Assembly: GCA_963924565.1 (NCBI GenBank)
Contig: OZ004615.1
Location: 14,880,001-14,944,000, forward strand
Source: Ascidiella aspersa
Taxonomy: Eukaryota
Length of the DNA stretch: 64,000 nucleotides
Reading direction: 5' to 3'
The notes below the pieces were generated by a model. It had not been told where the DNA came from. It did not search any database and saw nothing but the letters and a program-made list of their open reading frames with translations. Both the position numbers and the translations under genes were made by a program. Every line of letters starts with the position of its first letter. Within the stretch, counting starts at the first letter, position 1. Positions 50,923-64,000 of the stretch are shown one piece after another.

Positions 50923-53900
50923 TTAAGATTTCTGCTGCTTCTCTTGCAGATCCTTGATTCGTTGATATTCCCTCAGACGCAGCGCGGTAATCTTTATGAA
51001 TCCCTCTGAATCGTGTGGCTCAAAATCACCAGCGACGTCCATGCTATTCAAAATTGCATTTTTTAAATATGCTTCCACCAAACTAACAAGGGTTTCTGCT
51101 TCAAGAAAAACTACAAACGGCCTTAAACCCAGGTGCTAGTTATAACCCTTTAAAACTAGCATTTACAGAAAACCCCTTTACATGCCAAATCCTACCTTTG
51201 GCCTTTCATCAGGAACTGTTAATATTTTAATTAACACCGGTAAAGCATTCAAATGCAATAAATTATAATGATTGTCTTAAAATTAATAAATAGTGGTGCC
51301 CTGCCTAACTGATACAAACGTTATTCCAAACTTACAAAAGTTGTTGTGAAAAGTAAAGTAGAAATGTTGACTAACAAGGTTTTAGGACATGCATGATTGA
51401 TGTGCCAGCGTAAAAATAAGTTATAAGAAATCTAAGTTTTTCTGAAGCGCAGCGTACCTGACTAATTCCTGGTTGTAGAGTGAAGTCGCGGATTCCCTGC
51501 CAGTTACGTAAACGCACCCCTTGTAAAGACGGAGATGAACAGTTCCCGACACCTTTACTTGGCTTTTAGCAATACATTCTCGAGTGTACTCGCATTCCGG
51601 ACTGAACCACCGACCTGCAACAGTAGGTGAGTATTTTAGGTTTGCTTTTTATAAACTTAAACGACCTTGGAATGGATTATAAACCATTTTTGTAACGTTT
51701 TACAATTTATCTCAATCTTTAAACTCCTACTCTTAACACTTAAGAAAATCTGGTAGCTATAACTAATAAAGTTAAGCAGAATTATCTTAACAAGTCTGGT
51801 GTTTAACAGAATTAAAAAAATAGGAATTTATTTTGTCAGCAATTTTAATCAATTCGGATACTTTTGGCAGACTTAGTGATGCTTAAGATGTAATCAATTT
51901 GCCTAACTTATTTTTAGGGATAATTAAATTTTCCCAAATTTGCCAAGGAACATATTTACCTTCATAAACTTGAATTCCAAACTGAGTGGAAAGGTGCTCC
52001 TTGATTCTCCGGACTTCCTTGTCCATGGTGAGTAGCTCAAGGTCCTCATGAGCGGAAAGAAGTATGGTTCCTCCCGGCGTTTCGTAGCAACCGCGGGATT
52101 TCATGCCGATGTAGCGATTTTCGACGATGTCGATTCGCCCGATTCCGTGCTTTCCACTTTATTAAAAGTAATTCTTTGTTAAACAAGTTATTCCGGACGA
52201 TTTTCCTCTCTTTTATTTTTCTCAACAAACAAATATAGCCCCGCCTATTTTAAAAATGCGTAAATTATACAAGTTATTTTCACTTCAATAAAATGAAATA
52301 GGCTTTCGTTTCGGTGTAGCAGTTTTTCTTGCTTGCTAAGTTCAGGCAAATTATTTTTTATATAAATGTTTTGCCCAGTTTCCTTAAATTCGGTGCACGC
52401 CTATTCCACGCATAAAAAACGCTGGTTAATCAATAAATAATTCTTTATTTGATTTAACAAATTTTACAAAATTGAATATTAGGAGTATTTTAAATAAACT
52501 TTCTCAAAATGAACATTTGATTTCAACCATATCGTCGAAAATTATAAATGATTGATAACTGCCATGAACATGGTCAACTGGGAAACCTAATGCTGTAATA
52601 ATCAACGGTCGACATTGTAAGTATCTAAATAACCCGTGGTTTATTTGATTTATGGATTACTTGCCCGACCTCGATTGTACATATTTGCATTGCGCCATTT
52701 GGTGTTGATTTTACGACACCAAACCTTAAGCACAAATAAACCGCCAAACAATGTCTTGGCTTTGTTGCTAACAAAACTTTTACCTGTAGGCTTTGCTTAA
52801 GGTCGGGCGCACTCAGGCACCAAGGGCGAATGGCGGTCAAATGGCGGTCAAATGGCGGCTGGCAAATATTGGTGGTGGTGACTTCGCAGATCGTATGGTC
52901 ACGTATGCACCTCGTATCAATTGGTATACTTCACCGGCCGCCACAAAAACTAATACTGTCGTTATAAAATGTGATTACGAAAGCCTAAGTCGCCCACAGC
53001 CACTTAAAATTAAACCAACAAAACCTCATTAAACACTTAGAACCATGTAATAAAACATTTCCGTGCCGAAAGACTGGCTCTAACCACCACCATGTTTGAG
53101 TTTCGGCATTAATGGCAATTGTACCTTGCGATATCGATACTTATATCGGCAAGATTTGCTACCTTAAAATAACTCTATTCGTTTATAACAACAATTCCAC
53201 ATGGGCCAAATATCTCTATGCCGCAAAAAAACTTCCGTCGCTAGAACATGTAATAAACCATAAATAATCCTTGTGGTAAACACATTTCTAAAGGAAATAA
53301 CTGGACCATTTTTTTAGATTTATTTAATACACTTCATGGCAACTTACGCGATTTTGTTAAGGTATAGGAACAGCTCCAGCGCCCCCGTGTGTTGAGATCC
53401 ATCGTCCTTGTTGGTGACCTTGACCGGTACACCACTCTCAAACTCGATGGTGATTTTTTCGGATTTGTCCGGGGCCTTTTCCGGGTCGGTTGTCATCTCA
53501 AACATATTGCTGCGATACTCGGTGTTTGGATCTTCCAACATTCCTGATTCGTAACTAAAAATAATTTTGGGGTTATTATTGAAAAGGTAGGCATCATAGA
53601 AACACGTGCTTATTGATTAAAACACTGCGCCGATGTCACGGATTAAAAGGTGAAAAGTATAGGGTTTGTTTTGTTTATAAAAAAGAGCTTATTTAGCTTT
53701 TTACTTCGTTGTGGGCTAGGTTGTTACCTTACTATTTAGCCTACAGAGGTTTGCTAAAATCTGTTGCCTCAAGCGCCGGTTCAAAATCTTACTTGAAAGG
53801 TGTGTTTATCTAAATTGTTATCGCGTTTGTTTGAGTTTATGGTTAATCGACGTTTTGCTTTTATTGAAGGCCCGTTGATAATCATTGTGATCTGTTTGTT

Positions 53901-56704
53901 AGTTTAGGATTTTGTCTAGAAAAAGTCTTGATTTTAATCTATTGTTTGCTATTTTTGTAGATGGGACCTCACAATAACAAACAATAACCATAATAATATA
54001 TAACACATTAGTTTGTATTCTAATGCCTCTTTGCACTATTTGTGCGCAGTAGGACTAAAACTGATTATAATTATAATTTGTAATACAAATCACGCTTATA
54101 CAAGGGTTGGAACTTGGAAGCCTTTTTAGAGAAGAGAGCCATAAAAGCTGCATATATTTTGTTTTATTTTCGTGAAAGCTTTATAATATTTTGATTTTTT
54201 TTCCTGTTTTTTCTGTTTATATTAAAAATGCTGATCATATTAGACGCAAAAAGTTCATTTGCTAAGTTGAACTTTCTGCCGGTTATTACAGAGGGCCATG
54301 GTACGTACCTGGTAAAAGCAATTTCTCCAAACGGCCCAGAAAAACCAACAAACAAATGAAAAAAATGCTACTATACGTTGTTTTAATATGAAAAAAATAC
54401 AGTTTAGAATGGGGCCATGGCCGCGTGCAGTTTTATTTGCAGCAATCATGCTCAGAAAGGACAGCTTAGATTTTTCCATTATCAAAAGATCCATATATGA
54501 CTCGCAAGCCATTAGTTGCTAACCACTGTGCTAGACCTACATATTTGGTAATAGGGAATCCGTGTATTAAACTCTGAAGAAATTATTATGATTAAGGAGA
54601 ACGCGAGTTTAATAAATCATGTCACGGAAACGTGTTTCAAAGATTGGTCGGCATATAGGAGAGGTCTCTTGTCGATCATTCGCACAATCGATCCAATGTG
54701 TATTTAAGCGGGCGCCAATGTTTGCTTTGTTTTTTCAATTGGCACGCATGGCGCTGTCATTTCGAATAGATACAGCATAAATATATTAATATGTGGTCTC
54801 TATGAGTATGTGGACTCCAAATCCTTTCATGAACGGTTTTATGTTAAAACGTTACATATTGTTCAACATATGAGACGCAATATTAACATACTGGACGACA
54901 AATTGCTTTACGCCTTGGTTTTAATTACTTCTCGCGACCATAATATCAAACGAACTTAACAACATTTTCTATTCTATAGTGTCATCTATTGTCACGTAAT
55001 TGAACAAAGTCAATTGTGTGCAATGAACTGGAATCCAAACTGCAAAACGAGCATTTAATCTGTGGTGACCTACCTAATGTGCATTAGGTTGTCGTCCATG
55101 CTCCACGGGTCAGACTTGGTGGCTTTAATAGGAATGCCGTTTTCTCGGGCGAACTGCATTAGATCCAGCCTGCCCTGAAAGCGCTTGAGAAAGTCGGCAT
55201 CCCGCCACGGCGCGATCATCTTAACTCCAGGGTAGAGCGAGTAGCAAGCGAGTTCGAATCGAACTTGGTCGTTTCCCTAAGTTGAGAAAATGGGTTATCG
55301 TATTATTTAAGGATCAGAGTTTGTTCGAAAAAAAGGACACCAAACATGCTAGAAAAATAATCATACCACACAAAAACTCTTTAAGGATCAGGGTTTTTGT
55401 GGGGCATCCCTTCAGGGTTTTTGTGGGGCATCCTTGCTACCAAATTCGATTTAATCTTAACGTTGTCGTCTGACTTTCTAAGGTATACCAAAGCATGGTT
55501 CAGATATATTGTACTGTATAAGACATATTAAGTGCATTCATCATATGTCGCTTTAAATATATATTTTTAATAATACAATATTGTGCCGTTGTCTACCGGT
55601 TCAAGTAAGTATACAGTCGATAATCAGAACTTTTGCAGTGCAAAATTCACTCAATAATTATAGCGCAAAAAAGCTTTTTTGTAAGGCGCAGCCAATCTTA
55701 ATTCCAAAGCCACGTGCCTTGCCCGTTGCTCCGTGAGAGATGTGAGTGGCGTTCTCTTCCTTGGCGCGGCCGACCAGCTTTCTGGCGATGCAGGGTCGGG
55801 CCAGGGCCGTACCAAGTGGGTATCGCCCCTCGTACCTGGCGTTAGCCTGTAGTCCAGGCCATATAAATTCCTCGACAAATTCCGCCCTACAGTCGTCGAT
55901 GTACACCTAAAAACACAAAACTTCCGGTTCGTTTAAACCTTAAAGGAAAGGATCCTTATTTTTAAGTAAACATTATTTAATTAGTTTGGCGAGTAGTGGA
56001 GATTTAAAAACTTTTATTTCAACAAATATATTTTCAATGAGAAAAACCTTATTTTTCATTTTTGACATTGTGTGTCATTCATTTTTGCTGTTGCTTCTCG
56101 TACGCACAAATACTGACAATTCGCATTTGGCAAGACTATTGGCTATGGCGACTACGGCCACATTCCGGCATCAACATAAAATTTATTAGACTTACAATGG
56201 AAGCTTAACAACATAATGTTTTTCACTTCGACCGCTAAATATATCAACACAAAAGACAATATTTTTACACATTACGATTTTTATTGTAAAGCAATTTTTT
56301 TTCAATATTGTTATCGTACCTTGAACCAATGCTCTGTTCATAATGTTTGTATCGAAATTGGTTATAGTTTTAATAAGGAAACCAACCTTTGCTGCTCCTA
56401 ACTTAGTCGCCTTTTCACGGGCCGCCTCGAAGTCTTCGACTTGTCCAACATTTGCCTAAAAAACACAAAATAAACATAAGACACCGAAAGGCAAAAAATG
56501 ACAGTAGCTATAAGTAGGGTTTTGTTTGAGAACCGGTAAACCACGAATTATAAAATTAGACATGGGATAAAACCAACGCAACGTATTGCGGTCTAAACTT
56601 ACCAGAAATGCAATGACCTTGTAACCCTTCTGTTTAAGCCAGACAAGAATGCAAGACGTATCCAAGCCTCCGCTGTAAGCTAGCACAACAGTTGGTTGAC
56701 TCAT
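50923..56704 (-). CDS. ass1: Argininosuccinate synthase, 8 coding exons, 414 aa
   Basis: Exons in transcription order 56704-56603, 56455-56387, 55906-55718, 55276-55074, 53554-53348, 52156-51960, 51614-51458, 51043-50923; 1245 nt in frame. Motifs [32 protein letters not shown]|[74 protein letters not shown]. Confidence 0.97.
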
Positions 56705-59114
56705 TTTAATTTGCTGTAAAATACCTTAAATCAAGCTGCGAAAATAGGGTTCGCGTTAGAACTGAGGATAACTGCGCCGGGTCGTCTCGCGTAAGTGATT
56801 GTACGTACTGGAGGGCAAATACGTTGTTGCTTTTTAAACAAAGTTGTGCTAGATGTCTGGCAAACTGCTGCCGGCACGTCGTTTCCATTATCGTGTTTCG
56901 ACATATTTCAAAATACGTGAAGTCGTAAACCTACTGCAGGGAACTTAACACGATATTTAATGGGAGACTACACTGCGAATGGATGGCAATTAAACTATTA
57001 TTTAATAGGAGTTCTTCCTTCTCATGAATGATATGCGCTTTCCGCATTACAGCTGTTACAAGCTTGCTTTTTTAACACAACTGAAGCGACTGGCGACTGG
57101 GCTGTGTGTGCTTTTGCAACGTTATTTATTCTGTCGCCATACATAGGGTGAAAAAAGCAGTGCTATAGAAAGTGCAATAAGTTCTCAATTTCCTCGCAAG
57201 CTTAGATTGGCCTTTATGTTCAACTTGGAACTTTTTAACTTGGAAATCTTAACTTAAATACTATACGATATGTATTTTGGAATCAATGTCGGCTTGGATG
57301 CGTTATGAGAACCAATTTTAAACTTTTGAATCCACAGTCGAATGCCGCACTTTTTCAACTAATTGAAGAAAGGTGAACAAGCTAACGGACCTTTTCTGGC
57401 GAAGAATGTAAACGAGACTGTTTCGTGTACTACTATATACTGCCTCAGGCGAAACAATCAGCATTTTTATTTTAGCTAACCAAACAACTATAGGCCTTTT
57501 TAAAACCATACCGCAACATTTAAAATAAGTTTTTTTTAACACGAAAGTGTAACCTGATAAAAAACACTCTCGCTTTTTGGTAAATCTAATGCAGGGGTTT
57601 CACACACGCGGCCCATGAGAACACTTTGTGCGGCCCGCGGCCAACATGAGTACAACCTATTAGTTTTTTTTAATACCCTATACAAAGATAAATTTAAAAA
57701 GGTGTTTTATTTACTGCGGTTTCTTGCTTATTGACCTATTAAAATTTCTAGTCATCTAGTTCAAGGTGGTCGACAGGCCTGCGAGCCACACGTGGCCAGC
57801 AACATCATTATCTGTGAACAATGTTCCTAGAATAAATATATATTAAAACCGAAAACGTAGTAAAGAGATAGTTAAACTATTTTTGTTATTTTAATTTTTT
57901 AATTTGTAATTACAACTTGATTCAATATTATAACCAAAGCTTTTTGAATTATTACACAACTTAATTACTAAGTGACGTTATTTTCGTGTACCAGTTTGGT
58001 CTTTGAAACTATTACCCCGTCAACTCTGTCTATTCGGTGAACAGCTTGCCGGCTGGATCGCTCATGTTTCATTTTAACTTCCCGCCGCGTGTTTGAAATT
58101 AGTTCGTCGAATGGCCGATTTCGTAAGTCGTTTTGTGCGTCATGTTTCCAAACGAATTAGTAATTACTAACATCAGGCTGATAAATATCTTAAATCGTTA
58201 AATCAGCAGTCTCACTGTTCATTTCTGGAGTCAGATCGCGTACGTTACGGAGGTAATTAATTGTACGTATATCGTGAGTACCTGCTGTAAGTACTGTTTT
58301 TCGTTTGTTCGTTTGCAATAAATATTCTTTTATTGTGGCTCTCACCCACATTCGCAAAAAGCAATCATTTATATTTTTATTAGTAATATTTCGTAGGGTA
58401 GTTAAAGAAGTTACATTGTGGATATGTTAATACAAAGAGAGACCCTCCGTTGGAATGGTCAATATTATACTCACTTATAGATACCGTACCAATGGTGCAA
58501 GCTTTGAAGAAGCTATTTGCAGTCGCTTCGGCTGCAAGTTTGCACACAACCCAGCTCGTATATTCTACGGCTTAGTTCAGAATTTGTCTTTGAAAACTAT
58601 GAAAGCAGCAGTCAATACCACAGTTTTCAAACTGCATTGAACACTGTGGGTATAGCAGCTCCGTTTGCCAAGTAGCACGTTTTTTAGGCCAAACCAAACG
58701 TGCAATACGTTTCCGCTTCACAACAATGGACAAAAATGCCACTTCTCAACTTGGTGAAAATAAATAAAAGTTAATTGCGTTTGCAATAGAGGTAAGTATT
58801 CCAGCGAAACTGCCCTTGAAACATATACAGTAATTGCAAATTTTAAGTTTATAATGGACAAGGACAATATCGCCGTCTTGTTTTTCTATCAAAGTGTTAT
58901 ATTGAGCAACGTTTTGTGCTTTCTCAATGCCTATTTAAGTGTTATTTCACTGTATATGATAAAACACTTATATTTTATTACGTACTATACCACTCTTAAA
59001 AGGAAATTCCTCGTTTTTCGCACACTTGTTCGCTGATTTGCTTTATGTTCTCCGTGGTCTCTTTTTTGTTGAAGTGTAAGTGGCTTGTATCGTTATATAC
59101 CGAAAAAATTATCA

Positions 59115-59735
59115 CATAGGGTCTAGTTCAGCCATAAGCCCGAAATTAGAACAACATCAACGTCGCAAAAAAATAAGTGCGAAATAAAATCAAAGTAGGA
59201 CTAAAACATTATTGTCTAAATAACGTATAAATCCAATTAAGACCTAAACCAGTCGGAATGAGACCTAAATGGTCAGAAAATGGCCATAACATGTTACCTA
59301 ACCCCAAACTCAACCACTAACATCATCACTAACTGATATAAAAATTTGAACCCTAACCCAATTTCTAACCCTACCCATTGCCCGTTGCTAACTCCAAAGA
59401 AGGGAAAACAATCCGGTACGAAAACAGCGGCGCCCCAGCACGTAGTTCAACTATTAGGGCGCCAAACGTCAACAACAAAACCGGTTCTAGACAGGTGTCC
59501 CCTAATCGTCCTCTCTATAGTTTTAGGTGCTATTATGTGCATTTGGAACTTATTCTACAGAATATAGGACTTATTCCGGCAGGCAGAGGTTTTGTTCAGA
59601 CGACTTTTGGTCTTGTTTCGTCGTGTTATCACTGCATATATGGCATTGTTATCTTATTGGTCTTAATGCTTCAGTATTATAGATTATTCTGATTTACATA
59701 TGGTTGCTTTGTTGGTCTTATTGGTTGTCCACAGT
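59115..59735 (+). mobile_element. Bipartite dispersed element, complete copy
   Basis: cagccataag..agaacaacatcaacgtcg..taagacctaaa..accctaaccc..aaaacagcggcgcc..actattagggcgccaaacgtcaacaacaaaaccgg..ggacttattccgg, colinear with the other copies. Confidence 0.7.
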
Positions 59736-60989
59736 TAAGTTCGAACTCGTCCCATTTAGTTTTGTTATAAGCTATTTGTTATCATTGCATCAGCTTTTAC
59801 ACAAGAAAAGGCAGCTGATCGCCTTTGAAACGATGTTCTGCTACCATTATAATTTTGTCTGGGGAAACTGCCCCGATGTAATTAGCACTTATCCGTGTCC
59901 TTCTTGAAACACTCGCCAAAAGGGAATCCGATTGTTTCACAACAATTATCTGTTGCTGTGCCAAGCATTCGGTACTCGTCTTTAAAACCTCATTGAAGCC
60001 ACTCGACAAAAGAACAAAGATTTTTACCAGTCCCTTAGGAAGTAAATTTATTCTTAAAGTTGGGACATGCTTGTGTTGCATGGCTACGTACAAGTAGAAC
60101 GTACATTTCGTTTAAAAAGTACTTGGTTTAGCCTTATCAGTGATGAAAGTAATTGATTTAGTGTCATCAGTAATGTATGCAGAAAATAATGTTTAACTTT
60201 TCAAAAACAGGCATATCGAATAAATTGTGATCACAGCATTTGGATGTAGTTGTTTTAACCTAATAACATAAAACAGGTAATTTAAATCGTGTGTAAAAGT
60301 CACAGATGTTGAGAAAAATGTAAAAAAGGGCTATCAAAAATTTTTAAAAGGCTATCAACGGAGAGTGTTTTTTTTTTATTTGATTAACGATAGTGACCTT
60401 GAGGTTTAACGCCCACTCTGTAATTTATCTAAGTTTTATTTTTGTCTTCAGTTATAATTTTATGTATAGGCCTTTGTGCTGAATGCTAATGCATCTCTAA
60501 AGAATAGGATTTTTTATTAAACGTTCAAGTTAAACAGTTTTGGCCACCAGTATGTCACAGAATGACACGTCCTTGAATAGCCGATATTCTATTTTACTGT
60601 TATGCCTTGACAAATATACATCGAATATCTTTGAATAAATGAAATAAACATGTTTATTAACCACTATAGTCCAATAGTGTGAAAGTGCTGCTTAACGTAC
60701 ATGCTAATACACGACGTGACAGTCGATGTGTGCAAGTCATACCAGACCATTTGATTTACGTTTTTAACGACATCAAACGTTTGGCCCTTATGAAAATTTA
60801 ACAATAAAATTAGTTTACCAAGCAAAAATAAAAGTTATGAAATGAATTTGGTACGTACGTCGTCAATCGTTCTTTAAAAGAACATGTTTTTTAATAGTTT
60901 GGAGTTCCATGCACTTTTAATGTGTAAAACTTTTATTTATCGAAGCAGACGTTCAATTAAAACTTGCTGATCTGCCAAGTATTAGTGCA

Positions 60990-62774
60990 ATGGGCAACGC
61001 GTGTGGTTCAACTCCATCCAGTAACAACCAAGTCAGTTGTAGGAAACTTTCGAAAGATCAGACAGCAAGGAAAGCGCAAAGCAGAACGGGCAAAAATGTG
61101 AATACCGGAAAAGCGGAAATTACATCGCGCAGGAATACGCTCGGGGAGAAAACAAAACTAAGATCAAGAAGAAACACGGTCGCTTCAAAAATACGACCAA
61201 TACAAGTGAAAAAAGAAGAAAATCAGGAGCAAAAAGGACAGATTGCGGATTGCAAGGTACTATCAAATGCAATTCCGAAAATCCCAATTAGGAACGATGA
61301 AATCGTTTATTCTGAAAGCCGCAAACTGCCAAAGCAGCCGCCTAAAGTTCAAAAGAGGCTGCAGAATAGGAGAAAAAATAACAAGCAACAGGCGTTAAAG
61401 GCACCTCTGCAGGCATCCTCCTCTTCACAGTCTGAAGGTTGTTTTACGGGAAAGGTAGGAGTGAAATTGAGGAAAAAGGTTGAAGATGATTCCCAAGTGT
61501 CTAGACACGGTTGTTTCGCACATTGGCAAAGCGAGGAAAAGAGGTAAAAATGAATCAGTATAACACTATAATTCATCATTTAGTTTTCGCAACTTACCTG
61601 TTGTAAAGAATACTTCCTCGCTGTTTAATGTCAAACTTATTTTTATTCAAAGTAATAAAGTTACTCTAATTAGGCTATGTAATATTAAAACTATTGTTGG
61701 TGGGGTAAGGGCTAATCTAAAGGTTTATATTTTAAACCCTATTAGATACTTTAAACGACAAATACTAAAACCGTGGCATGTGGCTTTTTTGTGACAGATG
61801 TTATCGCTATAGAATATGCATAGTAATTATGCAGCTAAACAGCTTCTATCCTATTTGCACAATAATATAAAGCTAATACACATTACATTACGTTACGTTT
61901 TGTAGAACGAAAGGGATAACTTTGACGTGATGCATTAGCCATTTATACACACAGTTTTAGCATTTATTATTGATAGCCTTTCGCATACTAAGGGGGTTGA
62001 GACCTCCAAAGGGGTCGCAAGAGGTTGTTTAGGAGGTCGCTGTGTACTATTTGTAAAAGAAAAACTTGACAAAAAATTGAGCTATAAATTTAGTAGGAAA
62101 TTGGTAAGAATGAGCAAAACAATCGACAGTTTAACAACCGACAGGTGCTAGAACAACCGACAGTGCTAAAACTTTGGTAAAGTTAAACCGTTACTTTAGT
62201 AATTGTGGTGTGACAGGGTAAGTCTTGACATTATGGCCAAATTTTAATACACTTTTTTAAAATGTGATCATTATGCCAAATTATACATTATCGAAATACG
62301 GTTTTGCGTAATTCACCTGAATTGTAGGGTCGCCTATATTTATTAGAAACTTGGAAAGGGTGTCGCTACATATACAAAGGTTATACATCACTGGTTTACG
62401 CAGCGCATTGACAACTCAATTTATATTGCTCCACAGTGTCCAGTAAAACTATACAGTTTCTAATTGTTTTCCTTGTGCTTTTTGACTAAATTTTTGCGGG
62501 TTCTCACCGCAAATGCCACAGGCTCCAATTGGAATACAAAAAGACGGAAGACAAGATCCGGAGTTCGCTGCGAGAAGAGCAACGCGCAAAAGCGGAAACC
62601 GAAACGTGGAGGGCGCGGTTGGAACGCTTGTCAAAGGAACATCGAAACGGACTTTTTCACCAATCGTACGCGATGAGACGAAAGTTGCGAAGAGCCGAAA
62701 ACCTTCTTTCCTTCTACGAGGGAAGAGCGAAGAAAATTCACACCACCAACAGCAAGCTGAGAGGTTCTTTTTGA
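60990..62774 (+). CDS. Unrecognised Lys/Arg-rich protein, N-terminal MGNACG, C-terminal predicted coiled coil, 2 exons, 268 aa
   Basis: The 185-codon ORF ends at donor AG|gtaaaa (61543) and joins in frame at acceptor cacag|G (62522) to the ORF ending TGA at 62774; 807 nt. No family recognised. Confidence 0.6.
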
Positions 62775-64000
62775 CCAATATCAAAAAGTCTGCGTAAAAG
62801 TTGTAACAATTACACTCATGCATATCCTCTAACACAGTATTTAACCAATTTAAAAAATCTTCAATATTTATAGTTTTAATGATTGCATTAGGCTATAAAG
62901 TACTTAGCTAACTGGAAAAAGGATTTGTTTATTTTAGGGATAAGGGTTTTGTAAAAAAATAAATTATATTTAAAATAGTTAATTTAACCTTGAATAGTGC
63001 AGGGAAAGTTGGCTAAAATTTACTTGGCTGAACCGAACCTGTAACCTGACAATCAAAATTCTTAAAAGTAATCGCCAATGCAACGGGATGCTTTCGTAAA
63101 AACTGTCATTTGACGTAAAGTAAAACTAAATGTCTGATGTAGTAAGACTTCGTGACCTTGTTTCGAAAACATTAGAAGAAATGGAATGTCCGTTCAAATC
63201 GCATCGAAGCCGATACCGATGCCAAATGGTAGTATCGGTACTCGTCCGATACTAGGGTGGTATCGTTGCCGATCCGATGCCAAATTGATGTACGACTTTT
63301 AGACTTATTTTGTGATCCAAAACAGAAATCGATATATACCTTAAAAGGTATTAACAAATTATCAAACAAACTTAGGCTAGTCAGAGAGGGTAACTATTTT
63401 TTTACGTGAAAGCAAGTGAGGCCAATAAAACTGGAAATATTCTTTTGGGCGTTTCGACTTTATCTTCTTCTGTGTTTGTTCAAACATACTATATTAGTAA
63501 TAGAGTCATTTTGTATAAGATTGCGTTACTTCTTGACGAAAATAACGGGTATTGGCACCAAAAACAATGCCGAGTTCGGACATAACTATAGCAGTTGCTA
63601 TTTGTCGAATATTGGGATAGTATCTGTCCCGACCCGATTCCAATTAATTTGTGCATTTTAATCATTGTTGACAAAACTCAGCTTTTTTCTTTTTGTAATT
63701 TAATCAGAAAACAATTTAAAGCTGACGCTAAGGCAAATTTTGATATATCAACATAGAAAAATTGCTGTTGCAAGTTTTAACTTTACCAATATTGCTTATT
63801 TTAATCGTATTAATGACCTAATTTAGTGTCGCATATGACGGCGGTAGCTTTGTAAAAAATGTGTGCTATCGGAACAAATGGTAGATTTAAGAATATCCAT
63901 AGTGCTAATATAAGACATTCAGGCCAATCGGATAGCAAAACATACATGGATTAACGCTTTTGACAAAACTTGCTTAGGTCTTATTGACACAATGCAACGT

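Noticed and set aside
50923-56704. Bacterial argG or horizontal transfer
   Set aside because: Seven spliceosomal introns and an animal-type sequence indicate a native eukaryotic gene.
62449-62835. Alternative frames (62449-, 62464+, 62513+)
   Set aside because: Only the frame ending at 62774 joins the upstream exon in phase at a canonical acceptor.
63200-63650. ccgatac/gtatcgg-rich segment as a novel repeat system
   Set aside because: It resembles the subterminal repeats of a decayed hAT-type MITE, and I could not define ends or a TSD.

Overview
AT-rich, intron-containing animal genomic DNA. It is probably an invertebrate chordate such as a tunicate (inference from the divergent Wnt3, short AT-rich introns and heavy MITE load). 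The ORF track mostly shows exon fragments and noise, so I assembled genes by hand from splice sites. Five spliced genes close in frame: Wnt3 (+, 7 exons, 391 aa), GOSR2/membrin (+, 7 exons, 213 aa), a signal peptide-ZP-furin site-EGF-TM protein (+, 10 exons, 424 aa), argininosuccinate synthase (-, 8 exons, 414 aa, one GC-AG intron), and an unrecognised basic, putatively N-acylated protein (+, 2 exons, 268 aa). Introns and spacers are full of non-autonomous DNA transposons: nested hAT MITEs with 8-bp TSDs, a 3.2-kb CACTG element, a Helitron-like element, palindromic MITEs carrying TTAGGG, and a bipartite element with a 21-bp minisatellite. The most unusual item is a two-copy tRNA-like element with structure-preserving substitutions; one copy sits inside nested inverted and direct repeats. 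The Wnt3-GOSR2 adjacency mirrors human 17q21. No database searches were run; all homology calls come from recalled motifs.
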